In this document: in pieces, positions 12,986 through 24,532 of the stretch | Layout: each line of letters opens with the position of its first letter | Numbering within the stretch: the first letter of the stretch is position 1 | Notes under the pieces: model-generated | Told to the model about the DNA's origin: nothing | Seen by the model: only the letters and a program-made list of their open reading frames with translations | The model's database searches: none | Made by a program: the position numbers and the translations under genes | NCBI RefSeq assembly: GCF_006345805.1 | Contig: NW_021828015.1 | Coordinates: 1-64,000, forward strand | From: Octopus sinensis | Taxonomy: Eukaryota | Direction: 5' to 3' | Length of the DNA: 64,000 nucleotides

Positions 12986-14200
12986 TTATTCATCAAAGTA
13001 AGTACCATTACAATCAACACATTTGTGCCAATGAGTTACAAGTTTGTTTATTCTGGTAACATAAAAATCTGGAGTTCTGGAGCTGATGAACTCCTTGAAC
13101 ACAGTTTCAGCATCAGTTTGATTTTTGAACTCCTTCTCTTTCAGGAAACCATCAAGGTGCTTGAAAAAGTGGTAGTCGGTAGGAGAAAGGTCTGGGAATA
13201 AGCTGGGTGGGGAAGAAATTCATAGCCAAGTTCCTTCAACTTTTGGAGCATCATTAGTGAAATTTATGGTCGAGCATTGTTATGAAGAATGATTGGCCCT
13301 CTTCTGTTGACCAGTCTGGGACAGAGGATTAGCGGTTTTTCTTTCATTTTGGCAATTTCATGACAATATGTTTCTGCAGTAATGTTTTTTCCAGATTTCA
13401 AAAAGTTATAATGGATGATTCCAAAAGTACACCACCAAGCAGTCACCATAACCTTCTTTTTGAAGAGCTTGGGTTTAGGGAAGGTTTTTGGTGCTTCATT
13501 TTGCTCCAACCACTGCAAAGAACGTTTTTTATTGTACAGAATCCACTTTTCATTGCAAGTTACAATATGGTCAAGAAATGGATTGGTCTGGTTGCGGAGA
13601 AGAAGCAATAAGCATTTTCTGATTTTCATTCAAATTTGTCGAGCTTTTTTGATTTTCTGATTGCATGAAAATGGTTGCAGGCAGTTTTCTGACTAACTTG
13701 AAGTTCTTTTGCCAGTTCTCAAGTGGTTTTATATGGATTTTTCTCAATGACAGTCTCTACTTGACTGTCATCGATGACAGATGGGCGTCCATAATGCTCA
13801 CAATCTGTAAAATCATTTAACCCATTAGCATTTAAACCGGCCATATCCGGCCAAAAATATTCTACCTGTTTTATGTTCAAACTAGCCATATCTGGTCTCT
13901 CAACCAACCCTACAATATTGTTTAAAAAATTATTACAGCTACCTCATCAAAATCTCAAAGCTACAAGATAATGCATGATTAGTTCAAAACAATGTTGATA
14001 AAAAAGGATTAATTTTGGCAGAATAATGCAAACACTAAAGGGTTAAACCATTTTCAAGCTGACCTCTCACTGGTCATTTCCCCACCAAATGTTTCATTGA
14101 TATCATGAACAGTTTTAGCTGCTTTACATCTTTTTTGAAGTTGAATTGCAAAACTGCTCAAATATCGCACTTTCACAGTTCCCTTTCAGATGATTGTAAG
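12986..14200 (-). pseudogene. Mariner (DD34D-type) transposase pseudogene
   Basis: IVTCNEKW (decayed IVTCDEKW), HNNARP (HDNARP), reconstructed HPAYSPDL.P.DYHFF and KCVDCNGTYFDE*. HTH-like N-terminus at ~14050-14200. Frameshifted and interrupted by a MITE. Confidence 0.9.
13821..14042. mobile_element. piggyBac-type MITE inserted in the mariner ORF
   Basis: TTAA at 13817-13820 and 14043-14046 flanks CCCATTAG...CTAAAGGG termini. Confidence 0.75.
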
Positions 14201-15213
14201 AATGGGGAAAAAAAAATATAAATGTTAATTTATTGATGCATTTGGGTAGTTTATATCTGTATTATCAGACAACTGCAAAAAAATGTTTAACAAAAATTCA
14301 AAACCCTGCAAAAATCTGGTACAAATTCTTCATGGTTCAAAACGTTGCTTATTTTTTATTCAATCTGATAATTGATTCGCTGTCTGAGGAGTTTTTAATA
14401 AGAGATATTTTATCATTTTCTCTTACATGTATAATATTCTAACTCGTACTAGCAAATGAAAACATGTACAATGGTGAATAAATAATACTAAAAATATTTT
14501 CCAGTCTACTGTTTTGATGCGTAATTACTCTGCAAATATTATTTTCCAATATTTTTCTACTCTTATACATACCTCACACAATTATAACATCTACATACAA
14601 TATTGGCATACTGGAATATACAGGTGTGCTTCACGAGGACACGGCTTCGATTACAACCCTATCTACATACTATATATGTGTTTATATATATATATATGCA
14701 CGCATACACATGTACAGAAAGACTGATAGAAGGCACAGGCACGTAGTTCCCTTCTTAAACATATGGTTTTGAGTTCAGTCCCAGTGCATGGCAACTTCGC
14801 CAAGTATCAATTATGATAGCCAAGATTGACCAAATCCTTGTGAGTGAATTTGATAGATGGAACCTGTAATAAATCTATCTATATAATATGTGTGTATATC
14901 TGTTTATGTTTGTGCTCTATAAAAGTTGCAAGCTACAGGTTTGCTGTTGTCATTTCTCTGGTTGACAAATTGTCCGCTTACTTCAAGCCTTTCAAGACAT
15001 GTGTAATTAAGAGATTCCTTATTTAAAACACAGTCAATGTTAATGACAGGAAAGGCATCTGGTTGTGAAAGAATACTTCAATCATTTTTTCATTTAAAAC
15101 ATACTTGACTCGAAAAACATGTAAATCAAACAAGACATATTCAAATACATACATGTATTTGATGATATTTATATGTATATATACATATGATATATGTATA
15201 TATGATTGAAATA

Positions 15214-15258
<45 letters not shown>

Positions 15259-16446
15259 AATTATTTTCTTGTTAATTAATGATTCCTATCAATATAAGTA
15301 TTCCCCCACTACATGTCTACTATTACATGTCTTAAAAAAGAAACAAAAATCTCATTGTTTTGGGCGAATGATTCAACCATTATGAAACCAAAGATTTTTA
15401 CTGTTGTTTCTGAAGGCAGCTGTGCACCTCACCAAACCCACCCATCCCACTTTACATGACACATTCACTTGCATTCTTTTATTTATTCTGATCTCCCACC
15501 CAAAGAATATTCATCCTAATAATTTCCATGACTTTTGTTTCGGTGAACTTCTACTTAGAAGGAAATTCCATTTATGCATGTATGCATACAATTACACCGA
15601 GAAAAGTCATTTAACATTGTCTTTACATTTGGATGTTTATCATTAAAAAATGTTTTGAAACCTAGAATTGTTTCTTCTTTTATTAATTTCAGTCAGTGTG
15701 CTATGGCCATGCTCAGGCACTGTCTTTGGGTGTCTTCATTGATCCTATCAATATTAGAGATAATTTCAAACATAGGGCAGCGTCCCATTTTAACGATGCC
15801 TGTTCATTGAAGTAACCTTTGATAGCCTAGTATACTAGAGCAGTAAACATGTAAATGAACACACACACATACACACAAACACATCTTGCGGGCTTCTTCA
15901 TAGAATCATTCTCCCAATTTGACTCACATGACATTGATCAACCTAAGACTACAGTAAAAGACAACCCAGAAAACCCATGGGTGTGAAGCAAATCTTTCAA
16001 CCACAGCCCCCTTTATCCAGCCAATTGTTCAAATAAAACATGGGGAAAAAAATCCTAACACCCACTACTATTCCTGTGAATTAGTAAGCTGTAAACTATA
16101 TCAAACTGAGCCCACATCATCATCTTTAACATGTCTCACAGCTAGAACCCTTTTACTAAATATTTTAGCCAATCATTTATCTCCAGAATGGCAGCTTCTA
16201 CATGGAATCACATTCTCATCAGACATTAATTTACACAAGTTGAAAAAGACATCATCTACATTCATATTAACAGTTTAGGAAAGCCTACAGATGTTCTCTT
16301 GCTCGCACTTTATATTAATACAAATAAGAATTTTTAACAAAGGTACATAGCCAAAATTTTATAGGAGGAAATAATGTCAACTATATTGACCCACCCCTGG
16401 TCTTGGGGTTATGGTGGTGGCATTGGAGGTTGTAGTAATGGTTGTA

Positions 16447-16710
16447 GTGGTAGTTGTGAAGATGATTCTGATATTGATAGTCTTTGCATTGGTGGTGGCA
16501 GAGTCAGAGTAAATAATAAGAGCCCAGTTAACACAAGATTCTTAAATTTCGGAGATCATAAGATAGAGAGCAAGAAGTTAAAAGTTCCAATACTGTCCCA
16601 ATTCCTACACCCCAGATTCTTCAAATATTTTATAAGAAAGGGGTTAATGGCAGGATAGGGATTCAGCTTAAAAATAAATTGTATAACAAAAAATACATAA
16701 TAAATTACTG
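16447..16710 (-). repeat. Right arm of the inverted repeat pair with 9134-9376
   Basis: See left arm. Confidence 0.85.
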
Positions 16711-17585
16711 CTCCAACGATGTAATTTTAGTATGTGTGTATGTATGTATGTATGTGTGTGTGTGTATGTATGATGTATGGATCAAAACAGTTTGATTCAA
16801 ATTCTGTGGTACTTATATATTCATACATACATATACATGTAGATGTATATAAAACATATATATATATTGTATGTAAACATCTTTTATAAATATATATAAT
16901 TCATGCATCTATAATACACAACATTATAATATATACACATATATGCATATGCATTAGAAATGTGTGTATAGGTGTATATATATATATATGCATATGTTTG
17001 TATACATGTGTGTGTGTATGTATAAAAATAATATAAGCATAACCAAGGCAAACAATGGAAAATAATTTAAACACTCATTTTATATATACTCAGGATCTAC
17101 ACAAATTTTATATACTCCACGAAGTTCAAAAGGTAAAAATCCGGTATTTTAATTTTTGTTGCATTTCTAATCTTTCTGATGTCTAAGGATGGATATTTAT
17201 GCGTATGAATCTTTTTCTTTTTATTTTGTTTCAAATATAATTCTAGGGAACTGAAAAACTGCGTACGATTACGCGATGCGCCAATGTTTTCATTTTGACA
17301 AATTGCTTTCCACGTCACAGATAACACTACGCAGATAATAAGTTCACATAAATACAGACAATATGATTGGCTAAAATTCGCAGTTTTAATCTACGATTAA
17401 AGTCATAAAATAGATTTTTCTCAAATAAACTAGTTCCAACTGGTGTCTTGTTTTGAGACACTCTATGAGTACACGAAGTTTCAAATTATTTAGTTAACTA
17501 GAAAGATCTGGGGTCCTGGCCACGATATTGAAAAGATCCGGTAAGTGTCTGTCTATCTATCTATATACCTATCTGTCTGTCTATC

Positions 17586-17630
<45 letters not shown>

Positions 17631-17650
17631 ATCTATCAATTTAATTCTCA

Positions 17651-17693
<43 letters not shown>

Positions 17694-18129
17694 CACACAC
17701 ACATATATGTACGTATGTATGCATGTATGTAGGTAGGTATATATATATATATATATATACACCTGCTTGTCGTTCATACACCTGTCTTCATTTTTGTTAT
17801 CTATAAGCTTCAATTATATGTGTGTGTGTATGTGTGTGTGTATATGTGTGTGTGTATGTGTGTGTGTGTGTATGTGTGTGTGTGTGTGTATAATACATAT
17901 ATATATATATACATAAAAAAATTATGGGTGTGTGTTCACAAACACACACAGATATATAAATTTATACACATATACACGTGATTTTGGTGTGTGGGTGTAT
18001 AAACAATAAATTAAACTTAATTGCTTCTTGAAGAAAAACAAATAAACCAAATATTTTGCTTAATTTTTTCGTTATCAAAGAAAACGTTCATCTTGTTCGC
18101 TGTCAAAGCAACTAGTATTTTCTTGGTTT

Positions 18130-18770
18130 GTGTGTGTATATGGGTGAATGTACCATTCTGTGTATGTGTGTGCGTGTGTGTGTATGTGTAGGTGAGTGTG
18201 TCATTTTATGTGTGTGTATGTAGGCAAATGTGTTATTCTATGTGTGGGGGTGGGTGAATGTGTCATTTTCTGTGTGTGTGTATGTGTGTGTTTGTAGGTG
18301 AGTGTGTCATTTTGTGTGTGTGTATGTGGGTGGATGTGTCATTCTGTGTGTGTGTGTGTATGTTGGTGAATGTGTTATTTTGTGTGTGTGTATGTGTGCT
18401 ATTTTGTGTGTGTATGTGGGTGAATGTGTCATTTTGTGTGTATATATGTGGGTGAATGTGTCATTCTGTGTGTGTGTATGTGGGTGAATGCATCATTTTG
18501 TGTGTGTATATGTAGGAGAATGTGTTATTTTGTGTCTGTGTCATTTTGTGTGCGTGTCATTTTGTGTGTGTGCATGTAGGTGAATATATCATTTTATGTA
18601 CATGTGTGTATGTGGGTAAATGTGTCATTCTGTGTGTGTATGTAGATGAATGTGTCATTTTGTGTGTGTGTATGTAGGTGAATATGTAATTTTATGTACA
18701 TGTGTGTATGTGGATGAATGTTTCATTTTGTGTGTGTAGATGAATGTGTCATTTTGTGTGTGTGTCATTT
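18130..18770. repeat. TG-rich minisatellite (~30-40-bp unit GTGTGTATGTGGGTGAATGTGTCATTTT)
   Basis: Repeated GAATGTGTCATT(T/C)TGTGTG units. Confidence 0.9.
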
Positions 18771-18899
18771 TGGCTTTGGTCAACACAAGGTTATAGCAGA
18801 AGACATTTGCCTAAGGTGCCGCACAGCAGAACTGAACCTGGAACGATGTTGTTTGGAAGCAGGCTTCTTACCATACAACCACATGGAATTTTTGATGGC

Positions 18900-19800
18900 A
18901 ACTTTTAATATAAACCTCTTTTAAATAGGTAATTTGAATCATAGAACCAGGAGCAGTATCAGATGGATTGGTATCAAAATGGCTAACCCCTTTTTGTTAC
19001 TCTACTTCTTCTATAACCTATTTTGCATCACATATTTTATAACCATACCTGCCTTTGTTTTCAATTAATTTCCAAAGTAATGAAGAATTTCGTATCAGCA
19101 TGTTGTCATTATTAAGCTAGTATTAGGAACATAAATATGAAATTTTGAGGGATGGTTTTAATCCAGATTGCTTCAACATGGGAAATTCATATCATAGAAC
19201 CAGTTACAGTATCAGTTAAGTTGGTATCAAAAGGATTACCCCTTTTATTTCCACATTTGTTTGGAAGTATACTGCCTTTATTTCAATTAATATCGAAAAT
19301 AATGAAGAATTTAGTGAAATTACTTTGTCTTTATTGAGTGGGTTTTTGGAACATAAATTGACATGAAATTTTGAGGGAAGATATAAATTTTAAATTATTA
19401 TAGAAAATAATATAAGATTTAGTGAAATAACATTACCATTATTAAACTGATGTTTAGTACTTAACATAAAATTTTGATGTAATATTTTAATTTCAATCAC
19501 TTTAAATTAAGGAGTCATTATCATAGAATCAGAAGCAATCTTCAGTGGATTAGCAGCAAAAGAGTTATTCATATTTCTCCTGAAATACATTGCTTTTGTT
19601 TCAATTAACTTTGGAATTAACAAAGAATTTAGTGAAATAACTTAGCCATTATTAAGCTGCTGTTTGAAACATAAACTAACCAAAGAATTTTCATAGATGG
19701 TTTTAATTTAGATTGCTTTAAAATAGTAATTTTGTATCATAAAACAAATGGTAGTTTCAAGTGGGTTAGTATCAAAAAGAATTAAGGTGCTAATAAATAA
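18900..19800. repeat. Old, diverged tandem repeat (3-4 units, ~220-330-bp spacing)
   Basis: ATCATAGAA(C/T)CAG and GAAGAATTTAGTGAAAT..ATTATTAA blocks recur near 18940, 19190, 19520 and 19735. Confidence 0.6.
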
Positions 19801-20171
19801 AATACCATTCCAGTCAGACCTATGATCAAAGCCAGCCCAATCATCTTTTTTCTTAAAATCATACTTGGTGTATACTGATCTATAATATCAACTTTGTCTT
19901 TTTGTTTTTTAAAGACAGAAAGATGTTGTCTGAGGAAGATCTGACTGTTATTTTTATGTAGTTTAGTTGAGCAATCATTCAGAGCTCAAAACAAAGAAGT
20001 AAACAGTAAGTAAATATCGTAACGTATTTTTGCCATTTCAATATGGCTAACCCCTAAGGGTGGATGCTACTGTAGTTTTTAGCCCCAGGAGGACACACTC
20101 CTCCAGCTGGCCATAGACACACTTTCTGTGTCCTGTCAGTATTTGCAAAGGGAAGTCATCCTTCCCGTCTT

Positions 20172-20241
20172 CAACTTATGATACACACGGACTCGAGTTT
20201 CGAGGTATTGACCTCTCGTCAGCGTGTGACAATCATAGTTG
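20172..20241 (-). ncRNA. Type I hammerhead ribozyme (first of 11 minus-strand copies)
   Basis: Reverse complement of the motif at 24110-24179. Confidence 0.9.
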
Positions 20242-23200
20242 TCGCCGAGAATTAGATTCCTTCACAAATACTTATACTTTTTCCAGCGTCCACTGTCGCT
20301 GATTTGAAAAAGTGAAATCAAACAATGAATAAATATCAAAGTTAGTATATACAGTACTAGCGGTGTAACACATCGTAACGTATTTTTGCCATTTCAATAT
20401 GGCTAACCCCTAAGGGTGGATGCTACTGTAGTTTTTGGCCCCAGGAGGACACACTCCTCCAGCTGGCCATAGACACACTTTCTGTGTCCTGTCAGTATTT
20501 GCAAAGGGAAGTCATCCTTCCCGTCTTCAACTTATGATACACACGGACTCGAGTTTCGAGGTATTGACCTCTCGTCAGCGTGTGACAATCATAGTTGTCG
20601 CCGAGAATTAGATTTCCTTCACAAATACTTATACTTTTTCCAGCGTCCACTGTCGCTGATATTGAAAAAGTGAAATCAAACAATGATAAATATCAAAGTT
20701 AGTTATATACAGTAGCGGTAACACATCGTAACGTTTTTTGCCATTTCAATATGGCTAACCCTAAGGGTGGATGCTACTGTAGTTTTTAGCCCCAGGAGGA
20801 CACACTCCTCCAGCTGGCCATAGACACACTTTCGTGTCCTGTCAGTATTTGCAAAGGGAAGTCATCCTTCCCGTCTTCAACTTATGAACACACGGACTCG
20901 AGTTTCGAGGTATTGACCTCTCGTCAGCGTGTGACAATCATAGTTGTCGCCGAGAATTAGATTTCCTTCACAATACTTATACTTTTTCCAGCGTCCACTG
21001 TCGCTGATATTGAAAAAGTGAAATCAAACAATGATAAATATCAAAGTTAGTTATATACAGTAGCGGTAACACATCGTAACGTATTTTTGCCATTTCAATA
21101 TGTAAACCCTAAGGGTGGATGCTACTGTAGTTTTTAGCCCCAGGAGGACACACTCCTCCAGCTGGCCATAGACACACTTTCTGTGTCCTGTCAGTATTTG
21201 CAAAGGGAAGTCATCTTCCCGTCTTCAACTTATGATACACACGGACTCGAGTTTCGAGGTATTGACCTCTCGTCAGCGTGTGACAATCATAGTTGTCGCC
21301 GAGAATTAGATTTCCTTCACAAATACTTATACTTTTTCCAGCGTCCACTGTCGCTGATATTGAAAAAGTGAAATCAAACAATGATAAATATCAAAGTTAG
21401 TATATACAGTAGCGGTAGGGTAACACATCGTAACGTATTTTTGCCATTTCAATATGGCTAACCCTAAGGGTGGATGCTACTGTAGTTTTTAGCCCCAGGA
21501 GGACACACTCCTCCAGCTGGCCATAGACACACTTTCTGTGTCCTGTCAGTATTTGCAAAGGGAAGTCTCCTTCCCGTCTTCAACTTATGATACACACGGA
21601 CTCGAGTTTCGAGGTATTGACCTCTCGTCAGCGTGTGACAATCATAGTTGTCGCCGAAATTAGATTTCCTTCACAAATACTTATACTTTTTCCAGCGTCA
21701 CTGTGTGCTGATATTGAAAAAGTGAAATCAAACAATGATAAATATCAAAGTTAGATATACAGTAGCGGTAACACATCGTAACGTATTTTGCCATTTCAAT
21801 ATGGCTAACCCTAAGGGTGGATGCTACTGTAGTTTTTAGCCCCAGGAGGACACACCCTCCAGCTGGCCATAGACACACTTTCTGTGTCCTGTCAGTATTT
21901 GCAAAGGGAAGTCATCCTTCCCGTCTTCAACTTATGATACACACGGACTCGAGTTTCGAGGTATTGACCTCTCGTCAGCGTGTGACAATCATAGTTGTCG
22001 CCGAGAATTAGATTTCCTTCACAAATACTTATACTTTTTCCAGCGTCCACTGTCGCTGATATTGAAAAAGTGAAATCAAACAATGATAAATATCAAAGTT
22101 AGTTATATACAGTAGCGGTAACACATCGTAACGTATTTTTGCCATTTCAATATGGCTAACCCCTAAGGGTGGATGCTACTGTAGTTTTTAGCCCCAGGAG
22201 GACACACTCCTCCAGCTGGCCATAGACACACTTTCTGTGTCCTGTCAGTATTTGCAAAGGGAAGTCATCCTTCCCGTCTTCAACTTATGATACACACGGA
22301 CTCGAGTTTCGAGGTATTGACCTCTCGTCAGCGTGTGACAATCATAGTTGTCGCCGAGAATTAGATTTCCTTCACAAATACTTATACTTTTTCCAGCGTC
22401 CACTGTCGCTGATATTGAAAAAGTGAAATCAAACAATGATAAATATCAAAGTTAGTTATATACAGTAGCGGTAACACATCGTAACGTATTTTTGCCATTT
22501 CATATGGCTAACCCCTAAGGGTGGATGCTACTGTAGTTTTTAGCCCCAGGAGGACAACTCCTCCAGCTGGCCATAGACACACTTTCTGTGTCCTGTCAGT
22601 ATTGCAAAGGGAAGTCATCCTTCCCGTCTTCAACTTTGATACACACGGACTCGAGTTTCGAGGTATTGACCTCTCGTCAGCGTGTGACAATCATAGTTGT
22701 CGCCGAGAATTAGATTTCCTTCACAAATACTTATACTACTTTTTCCAGCGTCCACTGTCGCTGATATTGAAAAAGTGAAATCAAACAATGATAAATATCA
22801 AAGTTAGTTATATACAGTAGCGGTAACACATCGTAACGTATTTTTGCCATTTCAATATGGCTAACCCTAAGGGTGGATGCTACTGTTTTTAGCCCCAGGA
22901 GGACACACTCCTCCAGTGGCCATAGACACACTTTCTGTGTCCTGTCAGTATTTGCAAAGGGAAGTCATCCTTCCCGTCTTCAACTTATGATACACACGGA
23001 CTCGAGTTTCGAGGTATTGACCTCTCGTCAGCGTGTGACAATCATAGTTGTCGCCGAGAATTAGATTTCCTTCACAAATACTTATACTTTTTCCAGCGTC
23101 ACTGTCGCTGATATTGAAAAAGTGAAATCAAACAATGATAAATATCAAAGTTAGTTATATACAGTAGCGGTAACACATCGTAACGTATTTTTGCCATTTC

Positions 23201-24109
23201 AATATGGCTAACCCCTAAGGGTGGATGCTACTGTAGTTTTTAGCCCAGGAGGAACACTCCTCCAGCTGGCCATAGACACACTTTCTGTGTCCTGTCAGTA
23301 TTTGCAAAGGGAAGTCATCCTTCCCGTCTTCAACTTATGATACACACGGACTCGAGTTTCGAGGGATTGACCTCTCGTCAGCGTGTGACAATCATAGTTG
23401 TCGCCGAGAATTAGATTTCCTTCACAAATACTTATACTTTTTCCAGCGTCCACTGTCGCTGATATTGAAAAAGTGAAATCAAACAATGATAAATATCAAA
23501 GTTAGTATATTACAGTAGCGGTAACACATCGTAACGTATTTTTGCCATTTCAATATGGCTAACCCCTAAGGGTGGATGCTACTGTAGTTTTTAGCCCCAG
23601 GAGGACACACTCCTCCAGCTGGCCATAGACACACTTTCTGTGTCCTGTCAGTATTTGCAAAGGGAAGTCATCCTTCCCGTCTTCAACTTATGATACACAC
23701 GGACTCGAGTTTCGAGGTATTGACCTCTCGTCAGCGTGTTGACAATCATAGTTGTCGCCGAGAATTAGATTTCCTTCACAAATACTTATACTTTTTCCAG
23801 CGTCCACTGTCGCTGATATTGAAAAAGTGAAATCAAACAATGATAAATATCAAAGTTAGTTATATACAGTAGCGGTAACACATCGTAACGTATTTTTGCC
23901 ATTTCAATATGGCTAACCCCTAAGGGTGGATGCTACTGTAGTTTTTAGCCCCAGGAGGAAATGGCAAAAATACGTTACGATGTGTTACCGCTACTGTATA
24001 TAACTAACTTTGATATTTATCATTGTTTGATTTCACTTTTTCAATATCAGCGACAGTGGACGCTGGAAAAAAGTATAAGTATTTGTGAAGGAAATCTAAT
24101 TCTCGGCGA

Positions 24110-24179
24110 CAACTATGATTGTCACACGCTGACGAGAGGTCAATACCTCGAAACTCGAGTCCGTGTGTATCATAAGTTG
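24110..24179 (+). ncRNA. Type I hammerhead ribozyme
   Basis: CAAC-UAUGAU-ugu-CACACG / CUGACGA (24129-35) / GAGGU-caau-ACCUC / GAAA (24150-53) / C-ucga-G / UC, predicted cleavage after C24161 / CGUGUG-u-AUCAUA-a-GUUG. All three helices pair and the core is canonical. Confidence 0.93.
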
Positions 24180-24462
24180 AAGACGGGAAGGATGACTTCC
24201 CTTTGCAAATACTGACAGGACACAGAAAGTGTGTCTATGGCCAGCTGGAGGAGTGTGTCCTCCTGGGGCTAAAAACTACAGTAGCATCCACCCTTAGGGG
24301 TTAGCCATATTGAAATGGCAAAAATACGTTACGATGTGTTACCGCTACTGTATATAACTAACTTTGATATTTACATTGTTTGATTTCACTTTTTCAATAT
24401 CAGCGACAGTGGACGCTGGAAAAAAGTATAAGTATTTGTGAAGGAAATCTAATTCTCGGCGA

Positions 24463-24532
24463 CAACTATGATTGTCACACGCTGACGAGAGGTCAATACC
24501 TCGAAACTCGAGTCCGTGTGTATCATAAGTTG
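24463..24532 (+). ncRNA. Type I hammerhead ribozyme (second plus-strand copy)
   Basis: Same motif; CUGACGA at 24482-24488, predicted cleavage after C24514. Confidence 0.92.
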
